Assembly (NCBI RefSeq): GCF_002105155.1
Contig: NW_019028997.1
Span: 1-64,000 of the forward strand
Direction: 5' to 3'
DNA length: 64,000 nt
DNA from: Lobosporangium transversale
Taxonomy: Eukaryota
Position 1 is the first letter of the stretch, and every line of letters begins with the position of its first letter. Position numbers and translations under genes: made by a program. The notes under the pieces were generated by a model, which was given only the letters and a program-made list of their open reading frames with translations, was not told the origin of the DNA and ran no database searches. This document shows positions 38,152 to 51,987 of this stretch, piece by piece.

Positions 38152-41100
38152 ATGGAGAAGATCCTGGGCAAGAAAAAGTCGTCCTCAAGGACTTCTTCTT
38201 CCTCCACTGCCTCTTCCGTTTCATCCGCCGCCCCTATATCCACATCATCTTCCTCTCAAAGCTCCTCGATTGTTGCTGCTGCCGTCAACGTTAATTCATC
38301 TAACGCCGCCCAAGTACCGTCTGGAGGTGGTCTTTCCTTACCGCATCACACCCCAGTTCCCTTTGTCCCTAGGACTACATATCAACCAAGGGTTAGCACC
38401 GATCAGACCTATCAGCAGTACACTCCACGTACCACTTATACCGGTAGTGGCCCCAGTGGATCAGTTCAATCTGCTCAATATACCCATTCAAACCAAAGCA
38501 ATACCAATAGTGGCACTCAATCTATTGGTAACATCAACGTTGATGCTGGTAGTTGTGATAATAGTCTCAGTAACACTACTAATAATAACGGCATCAAGGA
38601 ATTTTCAAGAGGGCATTCCTTAGATTATTCCACTCGTCCACTTACCTACACCTCATCATCTTCTTCCTATTCTTCTCGCTCGTCCTACTCGCCAGCTCCT
38701 TTATCTGCATCTTATAGTAACATCAGCAACACTTTCATCTCCAAGAGTAATAGTAGCAATAACAGTAATAATAGTAACGCTTCATTACCCGGGCGCAGTC
38801 AGTCTTCCCACTATCCGACAACCACTGCGATCCCCACATCATCCGGAAAGCCAAGCTTGATCTCTTCTTTTTCTTTCGGTCACCAAAGGGCCTCCTCCTC
38901 CATGGATCGCTCTAGCTCATACAATAACAATAGCAACCACAGCCATCCCAATCATGACACTCACTCCATCCGCTCTCACAGATCATCCAACTCTGTCAGT
39001 GACACTGGTCGAGCAGATACCATCTCACTAGCGCGTCCGCAAACAGACCAAGAGATTGAAGATCGATTCCTAGATTTTATGGTGAGTAAGGGTGGAGCTA
39101 AACTAATTGACTGAAAGAAAAAAAAAAAAAAAGCTTTCTGCTATTGACTTTCTGAAAGACGCGTCACCGACTCTTGTTGACCAAGAGTTTAGATGTTATG
39201 GATGATCTGTTATTGCTTCCATTTTTTATTCTGTTAATCGATTCTAATACGTTGCTGAATCAAATGATGACGATGATAATAGAATAACTTGGGCATGCAC
39301 GAACTAGAACAGCGCAAAGTCATGATTGGTCTAAGCGTTGAGAAAAAGTGGAAACTTATTTTCCAACATGAATCACAAGAACAGTCCAAGGTAAAATACA
39401 CAACAAGTAAACAACCTCATAATCTTACTTTTTTTTTTTTAACTGATCAGACGTATTAGCTGAAAAAGGGACAAATAAAAATTTGAATGGCAAGCCTTTA
39501 TTTTTTTTTTTAGCAATAAAAATTAGTAGACTTATTCATTCCATTTTACTCTTTAACAATGTAGGCCAAGAAGAGAGAAGAAGGTTTTATTGACAAGTCA
39601 TCGGCAGAGTACTTTGTGCGCAAACTACAGTCTGATGTCGATCTAAAGAATACAGACTCCAAGTTTTTACTGGCACTCTTTGTGTCACTCAAATCTCAGC
39701 CTATTTCGTATGTACCTTTTTTTTATCTGTGGCTGTGCTGCATTAATATGAAAAAAAAAAAAAAAAAAAAATTCTAACCGGATTTGGTCTTTTAAAAATT
39801 TCCGAAAGATGGGTCCGGACGTTCATTCAGAATCGTGGCCAACAAGCACTCTGCAACGCTCTTTCTTCCCTCAACTGTCGCCCTGCAAGGTTAGCTTTTT
39901 TTATTATTATTATTATTATTATTTCTATCTTATTTTATTTTTGAACTTTTCTTCTTGTGAATATAGTATTAAAGCTCAATTCATTACGGTCTAATAGACG
40001 CGATGCTGATCTAGCTATGGAACTGGAGATTGTGAAATGCTTGAAGGCGCTGCTGAATAATCGTTGGGGTGCGCAGGAAGCCATAAAACAGTCCCTATGC
40101 ATCACTTCACTGTGTTTTTCGATCACATCACCACAACTTCAGACCAGAAAGCTCGTAGTTGAGGTACTGACGTTTTTGTGTTATTGTGAAGTTCCTATGG
40201 GCCATAAATTGGTTCTTGAGGGTCTTGATCAAGTAATGGAGTACTGGAAGGAGAGCGCACGATTTGATGCATGGATGCGTATTCTCGAAAACACGATCGA
40301 TGGACGTGGTCGATTTGGCACGATGGTCGGCATGAGTGAAGATTTGAAGAAGGCAGGGACTCTGGACAGTCATCTGATTGAATACGTGGTATGAGACAAA
40401 TTAATAGTTTTGATGGATGAAAAAAAAAAAAAAGTAGACTTGTTTCAATTTTCGTTTTTGAAAATTTTTTGTTTCTGAATCACATTAATAATGTTAACTC
40501 GAGAATGGTGTTATTCAATCCTCATGATTCCATAGCTCTCAAATGTCGTATTTATCAATGCGCTCCTTCAAGTAGTAGATGACATCGAGCTACGAATGAA
40601 TCTCAGAAGCCAGTTAACTACAAGTGGATTAACCCGTATCATTTCTGTAAATATCACTTAAGGCATAGTGTCAAAGGAAAAATCTGCCTTCGGTCGTAGA
40701 AACTAACTAAGCCTTTTCTATTAATCACCGGTAAAAAAAAAAAAAAAAAAAAAAAAAAACTGTTAGAAAATGAGGACTTTAAATCATGACTTGATTGACA
40801 GGCAACTTAATATCTTTGAAGACGAAGCTGAGAATGATCATGAAGACATGGTCGAGTTTTACAACCATCGGATTCTTCATGATATGTCGGATCCCTATGA
40901 TGTCTTTCAGGCCTTACTTCGCTCTGTAGAAAGCAGTAGAGCGTACGACTTTTTCTTGTCTCTTCTTCAACACATGCTTCTAATTCGTGAGGAAGGAGAT
41001 CTGAGGTAAATCGATGCTTTGTATACCATTAAAAAATAATATGCATGGTTCGAAAACTGCTACTGCAGTTGTAACAGGCATCCTTTATCAGTTCTTAACT

Positions 41101-41383
41101 TTTTTTTTTTTTATTTTTTTTTTTTAAAAAAAAAATAGAATCCGATACTTCCAATTGATGGATTCAGTTGTTACCAACATTGTTCTCGATCGACGAGGCA
41201 TCACTGATAACTTTGATAAAAAGCTTGGTATCTCTGTGAATCAGCTTGTAAGCAAACTAATAGATCAGGATCGCTTGGCCCACGCACTCGAGGATGCTAA
41301 GGTTGCGAGACAGGAATTGGAAATCGTCACACGCCGAAAGAATGAACTTGAGTTAGAAGTTGGGCAGAAGGACGGTAAGGAAA

Positions 41384-41414
<31 letters not shown>

Positions 41415-43082
41415 TACGGCACCTTATGTTTTAAAATGAGCAAAATGAATCTAAAAACTCATTTCTATCGTTGTTTGTTACGACAGATGGTATGGTCTCA
41501 CAGCTCAAAGCCAACATTCATTCGCTTGAAGATCTTCTTCGACTCTCTCGGCATACCATTCAGACATTGCAGGCCAAACTCAATGATGTTGAGCTTCAAA
41601 CACAGAAGAAACTGGCAATTCAGGATGCACAGCTAAAACATTTGTTGAAGTCTCTTCAGGACTCAAATAAGTTGATGGCAGAAGCAGGAATGCCTATAGG
41701 TGTGTCATTTGGTACCAGTGGCGGAGGCAACAATGGCAAGGGGGATGGCGAATTGCCCGTGATCGACAAAGACAAACTCCGGCAGTTAATTGAGCAGACT
41801 AAGCTTGAGGGCGCCATCCTGCAGAAACGCTATGGTAACCATCTACCTGAATCCATGGCGCCACCTGACCCAGAGTTATCAAAAGATCTGGAGAAGATGA
41901 ACGCATACCAATACATGGGTCAGGCGAAGTTACCACCAGAGCTGCTGACCAGTATTATTGCTTCTGGTAAAGACAAGAGGGCCTCTAAAGGTAGAACACC
42001 ACTGCTATTCTTCTTATCTCGAAGCACGTAGATATGATTAGGTGTGCTCATTATTGTTCCTATTCTTTGCGCCCCCTCTTTTAGGCAAAGGCTCATCAAC
42101 GACTACAGAGGCTTTAGTTCCAGCAACTACTGGAGAAGTAGCAATGTCTGGAATAATACCTACTGGACTTGGTGGGCCCCCACCTCCGCCTCCACCCCCA
42201 CCTCCACCTCCACCAGCGTCTGCAGGTGGCCTAGGAGGTTTACTTAATAGCATGGCCTTTAAAGGAAACAAAGCTCCAGATGGTGGCGATGGTAATGAAA
42301 ATGACTCGGATGACGACGAACCACCAGTGGGAAGCTTGGCAGCAATGTTAGCAGCCAAGAAGAAGAAGCTTGGATCCTCCAACCCATCAGCACCTGTATC
42401 GCCCAAACCAGCTGTGAATGGTCAGCCGCCCAAGGCAGGAGGACCCCCTCCCCCTCCCCCTCCTCCTCCCCCACCACCACCATCTGGCAAAGCGGGCGGT
42501 CCCCCTCCCCCTCCCCCGCCTCCAGGCATGAAAGGCCCACCTCCACCACCCGGCAGTGGACCGCCTCCGCTTGGAGGGATGGTCAGCATGAACAAGAAGA
42601 AGGAGGGCGCCACGGCAGCCATCAAATTGAAGGCTCTCCAGTGGGACAAGATCAATTACATGAACGTGGACAATACTGTCTGGGGTTCGGGCGGAGTGGA
42701 TGAGAATGCACTACAAAAGGCACTAGGTGAGAGTGGAGTCTTTGGAACAATGGAACAACTCTTCGTAGCTAAGGTGGCTGAATATAAAGGTGAAAGAATG
42801 GATAACACTTTTATGTCTATCAAGGGGTATAAAGTTCCTTTTTCCACGTCAGGTCCTCTAATATATATATATATATTTGTTCTCAATAGAGCCACGCGCA
42901 TCGAAAAAGGCTCAAGAGATCTGTATTTTGGACCAACGTCGTGCTTACCAAGTCAATATCATGCTGGGGGGAATGAAGCATACTTACTCAGAAATTCGAC
43001 GTGCAATTTTGCGCATGGATGAAGAATTTATGACTCTTGTTCAATTGAGCAACTTGCTAAAGTTTGTCCCTGATGCTGTGGA

Positions 43083-43119
<37 letters not shown>

Positions 43120-43401
43120 ATGGATACTTCTCTGACCATAGGTTTAATTAACGTATCATTATTATCACCATTGACTTGGACTTAACATTCGATATCTATT
43201 TTTTGTATTAGACTGGCAAATTGTTGGAATACAAGGATGCAGCTGAAGAGGTCAAAATGACACTTGGTAGGCCCGAGGCATTCTTTGTGGAGATGCTCAA
43301 GGTTGAGCGATATCAGCAACGATTGGAAGCCCTCAAGTTCAAGGTCACATTTTCGTCGCTTATTGACGGTGTGAATGAGGTAAATATATATATATATATA
43401 T

Positions 43402-43439
<38 letters not shown>

Positions 43440-43958
43440 TGTGAATGATAATATTAACTCCAAACTACAAATGCATATATTTCATGACGATCAAAGTCTA
43501 TCGCTGCAATTACCATGGCATCTGAGAGTCTGAGGAATGCCAAGCATTTCAAAGAGCTTCTTAATTTGATCCTTATGCTTGGAAACTATATGAACGGCAA
43601 TAATCATAATGGAGGAGCCTTTGGCTTCAAAATTGCAAGCATTAATAAGGTAGCCTGACTTGAGTTTATCATCGCTCTTTTCCTTCAAAAAGCTTTTTTT
43701 TTTTTTTTTTTTGGCAAAGTTCTGGTAAATCGTATATTAATACATCATAACATTAGCTGGTTGACACCAAGGCATCAAACGCGCCCAACATGACTTTGCT
43801 TCATTTTTTGACCAATATCACCGAAAACACGTTGCCTGAAATTTTGAGCTATCGCGAGGAAATTGCTCCTTGTGGAGCTGCGTGCAACGGTAAGGGCGAA
43901 GATATAAGAACAAAGAAAGAAAAGGGGAAGGAAAAGAATGGATAACTAAGTTCCCCTC

Positions 43959-43989
<31 letters not shown>

Positions 43990-44928
43990 GCCCTAAATGA
44001 CTTCCAGTCTCCCTGCCGGATCTGCAAGTGGATTTCAACTACCTCAAGACCAAGATCAAGGAAATCAAGGCAGAGTTGAATACACACTACTTGAATGGCT
44101 ACAAGAGTACACCTGAAGATCGATTCTTTGAAGTGATGCATCCGTTCATGGAGTCGGCCGAGAAGGCCTTCCAGAAGGCAGAGACTTCAATGTTGGATAT
44201 GGAGGCTGCCTATAAGCAATGCGTCAAGTTCTATGGCGAGGACTCTACTAATATGAAACCTGATGAGTTCTTTGGAATCTTCAAGACATTTTCTACGTCG
44301 TTCGAGAAGGCCAGAGAGGATAATCAAAAGCAGCAAGAGAAGCAAGCCCAAAGAGAAAAGGCCAAGACAGCAGCCAAAGCCAGACAAGAACAAATGGCGG
44401 TCAAGAAGAATAGAATTAAAGTCCAAGGCGAAGGTATATACAAAACAAGCATTTTTCTTTCTTATACCCAGGGATTCTGCTTTCCTCTAGGCTCGAATCC
44501 AGTCAGAGAGGAAGCTTGCACGTTTAGATGCAAGCTTCCCTCTCTAACTGGATTCGAACCTACCTATCCAGTCTGAGGAGAAAAAAGAATGATGTTTGAC
44601 CTAAAAAAGGAAAAACTGAAATTCGTGTGACGACACTTTTTCGACTCAGGATGGAGCCGAGACTAGATGGGACTTTGAATACTCACAAGCTATTTTCTAT
44701 ATTATTATTTTAGGCTCTAATGATCCTGAAGGTGGTAATGATGATAAGGGTATGATGGACAGCCTGCTAGAAACTCTTCGAAATGGAGGCGACAATGAAG
44801 CGTCAAGGCGCGATAGACGGCGCAAGAATCGCGTGGATCAGAATACACCATCCGTGTCGGCTACAAAAGCCCAGGAACTTTTGACATCCCTTCGAGAAGA
44901 TTCCCCTATCCCATTATTACACGAATGA
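38152..44928 (+). CDS. Diaphanous-related formin (GBD-FH3-FH1-FH2-DAD; SepA/Bni1-like)
   Basis: GBD/FH3: EIVKCLKALLNNRWG and WMRILENTIDGRGRFGTMVG. Poly-proline FH1 at 42170-42570. FH2: LKALQWDKI, LGNYMNG..GGAFGFKI and LVDTK. DAD: GMMDSLLETLRNG. TGA at 44926-44928. Confidence 0.95.
44488..44562. repeat. 75-bp near-perfect inverted repeat in the last formin intron (possible MITE relic)
   Basis: TAGGCTCGAATCCAGTCAGAGAGGAAGCTTGCA, then an 8-nt loop, then TGCAAGCTTCCCTCTCTAACTGGATTCGAACCTA. The arms differ by 2 substitutions and 1 indel. Confidence 0.85.
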
Positions 44929-45191
44929 TACCACATCTCAGTCACCTTTTTTAACTTTTAATAAAAGTGTTATTTAGCATGACGTTCAGTAATTCCCATC
45001 TCTTTTAAATCAAAGGCAAAACAGATGAAAGGATTGGAAAAAAAAAAAAAAAAAAAAACTATAGTACATTTGGTAGCGCATAGAAAATAGAAAGCGAAAA
45101 GATTGATTCAGAAGCATAGAAATACAATATGAAAAGAAAAGACCATAATGATGGCCATGATGATTATAGTGAAGATAAAAAAGAAAGCAAG

Positions 45192-48100
45192 TTAAAAGTC
45201 ATTAGCTTGGGCCAAAGGTGATGTGCTCCTATTCCTGTGTGATACTTCCTTTTGCGACGAAGCATTTGTCTTTTCCTTCAACTCTTGCCCTAATGCTTCG
45301 ATGGCTGCATCTTTTGCTGCAAGCTGCTGTTTGTACTCCTGTTGCTCCTTGAGCCGTGCCTTCTTTTCAGATGCTAGTTCTAGCTCACGTTCTTGACCTT
45401 GGCGCAGATACATCTGACCGCGGTTCGCAAGGTCCTCCATGTTTGCATTATATCGTTCCATAATGCTATGTTGATCCTGCATGGCTGCAGCGAGCGCTTG
45501 TTTTTGTTGCATGACATTCTGGTACTGCTTAAGGAGACTCTGGAACAGTTCGGACCCTTCTTGAAGCATGTTCTGGTCTACAGGTGTAAAGCGAAAGACG
45601 TCGAAGTACAGGAAAGTTTAGTCAGCAAAGCGGCTCTAGAGAAATGTACAAAAAAAGACAAACATCGTTTCTTATTACCATCTTTGTCCGTCACCAAGGC
45701 CATGTAGCCCGTGATCACTACATTCCGCTCATCTATCTCCTGAGCCATTCTGACTACTTCCTGCTCCAGCTCCTCTACATGGGCCTGTTGCTCGCGTAGC
45801 TGGCGCTGGACATCAGCTACCTCACTCTGCCATGACTCCATGATACGGTCATGGCTCGTCTGTGCGAGTGTAAGGCTCTCCGAACACTCGGTCACAGTCT
45901 TTTGTAATTCTTCCTCGTGCTGTACTTTTAGTCTCTTCAGCTCTGCTAGTACTAGCTTCTCATTGGCCGCCTTTTCTTCTTTCAATCGATCAATAGTCGA
46001 CTTGTCCACCTGTCCGTATAACTTGCGAGCTTCTTCTAAACGCTTTAGAGCCCTCTCACGCCCATCCAGCTGTTCCAATTGCTCTGCCTTGATCTTTTCA
46101 AGTTCTGCTACCCGATTTCGGAGGCTCTTGCCCTCTTCCTCTAGCAAATTAGCGCGTAACTCTTGCTCCTGCAGCTTAGTCCTGCAATCAACCAACTCTG
46201 CTGTCTTGACTGCCAAATCCTGCTTTCGACGCATAAGATCTCTCTCAAGCGTGGCAATCTTCCCTTCCTTGCACGTCACATCATGCATCAATGTCGAAAT
46301 CGTCTGTTTCTTCTCTTCATAATCAGTGCACACATTGCTGTGGACTTGGGTCATCTTCGAGAAGTCCTCTTCGAGTGACGCTAGCTGTTCTTCCAATGCA
46401 TCAATCCTGTTTAGTGCGCGAATTAAGTCTGATCTCAGCTCCTCCTCTTCCTCAATGGTCAACGTTGCGCCCATTTCTGGTACTCTCGCCTGCGCTTCCT
46501 TCTCTTCTTCAAGTTTCTTCTCTAAATCAACAATCTTGGATTCTTGTTGACGCATCTGATCAATAAGTACATTTTTTTCCAACTTTTTTTCTTCTAGCCC
46601 GCTCCCTATCATTTGTTGTATCTGCACTGACGCCTGATGCCATGCCTTGGAATCAGGAGGCCCACTTGGTATTCCACTTCCGTCCTCAGCTTTAACCTGA
46701 GTTCTCTTAAGATCGTCATCAAGACTTCGAGTCGTCGGTACTGCTGTAATGTTTTCTGAATTCTCATTGATTGCATCCAAAATCTGATAGAATTGTCCAA
46801 GCTCACCTGATCTTCTCCTCTTTGCGATATTAGCTTCCTCCGCTTTTACTTGTAATGCTGCGATCCTTTGTTCGTGGAAACGAATCTTTTGTTGATGATC
46901 GTCCAAAAGTTGACGATCAGCCGATTGACGCTCCAGTAGCGCCTGGATCTTTCCTTCTGCAGATTCGAGTTTAAATTGAAGCGAAGCCACAAGGTTGTCC
47001 TTTTGTTGAGATTGACTTGACTCTTGTTGTTTTTGTGACGCTTGTTCTGCAAGTTGCTCTTCCGCCATCGCTAGTGCGCTCATCAAAAAGTCGCGTTCAC
47101 TAGTTAGACTAGAGATGGTGTATTGTGACGACTGCAGTTTTGCACTCCAATCAGCCGCTTCTCGCAAAGCTTGTTTCACAGCAGCATCGCGTTCCCGTTC
47201 TGCAGACCTTACAGAAGAATCAAACCCTGCTGAAGTCGAACGAGCATTTGCTAATTCCAGATCCTTAGCCGCAAGCTCCTCCTGTAGCAATCCTTGCTTT
47301 TTCAGGTATCCGTTCTTCTCATCTTGTAGCTTTTCATACTTTGACTGGAGTGATGAAAGTTCTTCTTGCTTTTCCAAGGCTGCCTTTTTAGCCTTGTATA
47401 TCTGGCTCTCCGCGTCCTTTAATCTCGCTGTTAACTTTTGGATTTTGTCGATGTCCTCAACTAGCGATCGAGTTTTGGCATTGTTATAGAGATCCTTCAT
47501 CTCAGCCAATTCCTTTAACAGTTTTTCGATCTGATATTGCTTCGCCTTGGTGTTCTTCCGCATATCATCGACCTCCCTTTGCAGTCTTTGCACCTCAAGG
47601 GCCTTTTGATCCTTACTTGCCATAGCCGCGCTCTTGCCGCGCTCCGCTCGTGCGAGTGCTCCTTGCAAATCCTGGATCTGTGTCCGTGCGTCGCTCAGGT
47701 TAGCCTCAAGGGTTTCCCGTGTATTGCGTGGATCAATGTTTCTCGTAAGTTCAAGTTGTTTTTTAGCGGATTCTAGTTCAGACTGTAGTTTGGCGACTGT
47801 AATTTCATGCTGTTGCATGACTCGCGTGAGGACTGCCTCCACTTTTTCCCGCGGTGGCTTGTCTGGCTGTGCACCATTGTCCTCAGCTCTTCTCTCGATC
47901 TGTTGTGTTAACTTGAGTTTGATAAAGCAAAAAAAAAAAATTAAAACTCGTATGGACTACAACAAACATAGGAACCATAAAAAAGTAACATCTTCTTTTC
48001 TTCTCAATACCTGTTGATTAGCCCTCGTGAGGTTGACTATTTGTTCTTCCTTACTCCGTAAATGTGTCATGATTGTGGCAATTCGCCCTAAAAGCTGATT

Positions 48101-48749
48101 CTCATGCTCGGGTACTGGGGGAATAAAGCTGAGAGAATCCTCTATGAAACAAAGGATTTTTTTGAAATCCCCAAACGCCTGTGTGTTTTCCTTGCCATCC
48201 TCACCCATTTTCATTCCTGCAAGGTGGCCGTCATTGCCATTGAATGTAAATAAATAAATAAAGTATAGATGATTAGCCAAAAGAACTATGAATTGTATAG
48301 TTGATTATCGATCATCAAGCCTGTTTTCTTTTTTTTTTTCAGAGCTCATAAATACCATGATTCCGATTGCTCTCCAGTAAGTTACGTGTATGCACTAGCT
48401 CCTTCTCTTTACTAGAAAGACGAGAATGAAGCTCATCGTTTATCTAACATTCAAAAATAAAAAAAATACCAAACAAATGTTAGTGGATGCGATAGCGTCT
48501 CGAGAAGAATATCAAAGATGCCGTTATATTGGAAGTGCTCGGCGAAGGATAAATGAACATGAACACTTACTTCCTGAAGGTGATTACGCTCATCGTGAAC
48601 ATCGTCGAGCTTGAAGAAAATAAATATATCAAGAAGAGTCCAAGAATACGCCCCAAAAGGTATTAGTCTTTATTATGAATGTTATTATGAGTGTTGTTAC
48701 TATTATTGTTGTTATTATTACTTCAAGATTAAGATACCTGTTCCTCCAT
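45192..48749 (-). CDS. Long coiled-coil protein of unknown family (about 1,000 aa; 5' end uncertain)
   Basis: A 754-aa heptad-rich E/K/Q/L ORF splices to the 45192-45578 exon. Upstream small exons MEEQ/LDDVHDERNHLQE/INDELHSRLSSKEKEL../GMKMGEDG join in frame. No globular motif was recognised. Confidence 0.7.
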
Positions 48750-49268
48750 TTGACTCAGCTTGTACTTGACGGATTTGTATTTCTGTCCTGCATCCCTCCA
48801 CGGAAAATATATCCCAGTCAAATGGTATCCGAGTCAAGATTGTATTATAACGACAATGTTAGTTTGCCTCCTTCATTCGAAGATTCATGCTTTTTATTTT
48901 TATTTTTTTACTATTATTTTTAAAAAAGAAAAAACCTTGCTGGTGCTTCATTAGCATAAGATGAGAAAGAGCTTACGGAGTACATGGTGGTCATCCGATC
49001 GCACCGTCCGATGTCCGTCGCTGGAGGTGCTCATGATGACGAAGCCCTACTCCTGTGATTGAACTTTCCGCAGAATTTTGCCCAATTTTGCTCCCACCAA
49101 TGTAACAAAATGTATTTGTTGAATGTCGAATGGATGGATTAATGGATATGGAATGATCTTTTTAAAAAGTTGCAGTTGGTCATATCCTTTTTCACAATGG
49201 ACAGCCTTAAATTTTAAGGTTTCAAACTTTCGGTTGGATTTTTTAATTTTTGGCATAGGATGATTCAT

Positions 49269-51987
49269 TCAGAACGTGCGTTTTTTTCCTGAACGGATCG
49301 CTGCTATTTCTCTATCAAGTTCTTCTAGACTGATCTGAAGGGATTTTACATCATCGAACCGTCGTTTACGCGTTGCCTCCTCAATGTACGATTCAATCTG
49401 CCGCCGCTGCTCCTCCATCACCGATATCAGTGCAAGGCTCTCGATCGCAGCCTCATTATCCTGAGGTGTTGTTTCAGGCAACAATGATGAAATAGAAGGC
49501 GAGGGGGATGAAGATGATGATCGAGAAGGTGATGCACTTAAAAGTTGTTTCTGCTTCACGTCTTTGCCTCCGTTGCCAAACACTTTGGGAATCACTGACA
49601 ATGGAAACATATTCGTCTGCAAATACTGTGTTGCCCACCAGTAAAGATTGTTGTAAAGCTGCTTCTGATGCTGAGTGTGTGCAGGCATCTTGGCGATCTT
49701 TTTACTGATAGAGTCAAAAAGCGCGAAATCATCCAAGAGTTCCTTCCTGGTCTTTGCTGCAAGCTGATAATCCGGATGAGCTTGGTGCATATCTACTTTA
49801 TGGCTAAATATGCAACATATTTATGGGAAACACATAGCATTTAATAAATACAATGAATATTCACAAATTATGATCGTATCCGAAAGAAATGGAGGACTGT
49901 CCCCATACCATAAAAGATATCACTTACCCAAGAGCTGAAATCATCTCCTGAAACCGAGGCAATGCAACATCGATCCTAGCCTTAAGCCGCATTAAGGATT
50001 CATAATATTTGAGGACAGCACTCGGTCGCTTTTGATCCGCTGCATGCTCCCGTCGCTTGAAGACAATGTGTACGCATTCCTTACATGCTCTGGTTTGTCC
50101 AGTAGGGCCAGAACTATCAGGGTCTAAGAATAAAGAAGCGGTTTGTAAATTACGCTATATATTAATAGATACACAAAATAAAATAAAGTGGGCAACCATC
50201 CATATAATACTCGCTTACAAGTTGACATGTTCAGATACAGTGGTATAGCCTTTGAGCAATTATCACAAATAACACGTCCACATAGTCGACAGTGGTGCTT
50301 CCTGTTGCCATATCGAGTAAACACCGATCTGAGGAGATCAAACCAAAATGTGCACTAGTTAGTGAGTATATATCCTTATTATCAACTGCATAGTCAAGCG
50401 ATCAATGAATTCCTATTGCTATTGGCATACAAGCATATATAACATGCAGGAACTGCTGAGTCGTCCTCCCAATTGACAACCGTTTGCTCAGCGCCTAAGT
50501 TTGAATGAATTTTTGATTATTGAAAGTGATAAGGGATCAAAGGTTTCATCCTTCAAGCGAACAAGCATAGATAGATCTAAATTGGTACTCTGAACAAACC
50601 TTTCAAGTTCTGTCCGCGCGACGTGACGGAACGAAGTAGGCCTTTGGCACGTACAGAGCCTGCTCCAGATGATATGGATGAGATGGTGGATGTAGGCGAT
50701 CCAGATAGAGTTGGGGATGATGATGCTCCACTATCATATTGTCGATGGATCTGTGCTAGCTTTTCAATCCTCTTTTCCAGTCGATTGACCTCCAACTGTT
50801 TCTTCTCTGTATTTTTTATCCGAATACTCAAAAACTGTTTCGTCAAATTGCGCTGCACTCCTGATATATCCAATGAAATCCAACGTGGTTTTAGTGCATA
50901 AAAAAAAAGGAACATTAGAAAGCCTTTTCATGAATTTTATAAGCATGAGATTTAAGCCAGTGAATATTTTTTTTATTGATGATATTTTTACCTCCTGAGT
51001 CCATGCCATCCTCTTCTTTTTTGGCAATCAAATAGCAAGCCTCACACACCCTGCACCATAGCCCGTTTGGATCATGCTTCGCCTGTGCATTAAGTTTGAT
51101 CTGAAAAGATGAATGGCTCTCACAAAACATGTTGCCACATCTAAAAGTAAGTGTCGATTGAAAGAAATAAAATAAAAAGATCTTTGTCAATCCAGCCAGG
51201 ACGAAAATAAAGAATAAAAAATAAAATCTCCATTGTAATACCTCCGACAGTGCTGGCGTCCATATCGGATACCGAGTCTCTTTTCACAACTAGGATGGAA
51301 ACATTCATCTTGATCTGATTCTCGGACCCAGTGACGTTTTGTGACAATAGCTTCTGCTCGTGGATCGGTCCATCCTTGGAACCCTCCAGGGGGCGGAGGG
51401 CCAGCAAGGCTACTACCGGATGCTGCAGAGTCCAGATCCAAATCCTGAATTTTCCTTAGTGTGGTTGTAGCAGATTTGGTGATAGGGTTAAAAACCTTTT
51501 GTGCATTCCTGAAGAATTGACTAACAGCTGACTTTACATCGTCAGGCTCCTCAGGATGGATCGTATCGAGATGATGGTTCAGCTGTGCAAGGTTTCTTAG
51601 TGTGATACTACAGATAGGACAGGCTACAGTTGGTGCAGCTGTTCCATTGAGAAAACTAATGTTATAATTTGGATTTTGTGGAGCAGGAGAAGTTGAAATA
51701 GGGGTTGATTGTGGTGACTTTGGGGGTTGTGGTTCTGGTTGTGACGAAGTTGGAGTTGAATGTCGATTTGCAGTATTGGTGGGGACAAGATTAGGGGAGG
51801 ATGCAGCTTGTAAAGCAGAAACAGGAACAGGGCCGAATTGGCGGCGTGATATTGTCACGGAACGTTGTGGAGCTTGTTGGTGTTGGTGCTGTTGAGGAGA
51901 GGATGAAGGCCTAAGGAGGGATGGAGTTGGATGGGTTGGATTGGTTGCATTAGCTGCATTAGTTGTATTGGTTGCATTGGCTGGCAT
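49269..51987 (-). CDS. PEP7: Pep7/Vac1/rabenosyn-5 (C2H2, two FYVE domains, Rab-binding domain)
   Basis: C2H2: CPICSITLRNLAQLNHHLDTIH. FYVE1: HWVRE..RQHCRRCG..CRVCEAC. FYVE2: WEDD..RKHHCRLCGRVICDNC. C-terminal EEQRRQIESYIEEATRKRRFDDVKSLQISLEEL. Confidence 0.9.

Noticed and set aside
44540..44640. Possible tRNA gene around GGTTCGAATCC on the minus strand
   Set aside because: The T-stem does not pair, and no acceptor stem, D-arm or A-box is present. The motif is part of the inverted repeat.
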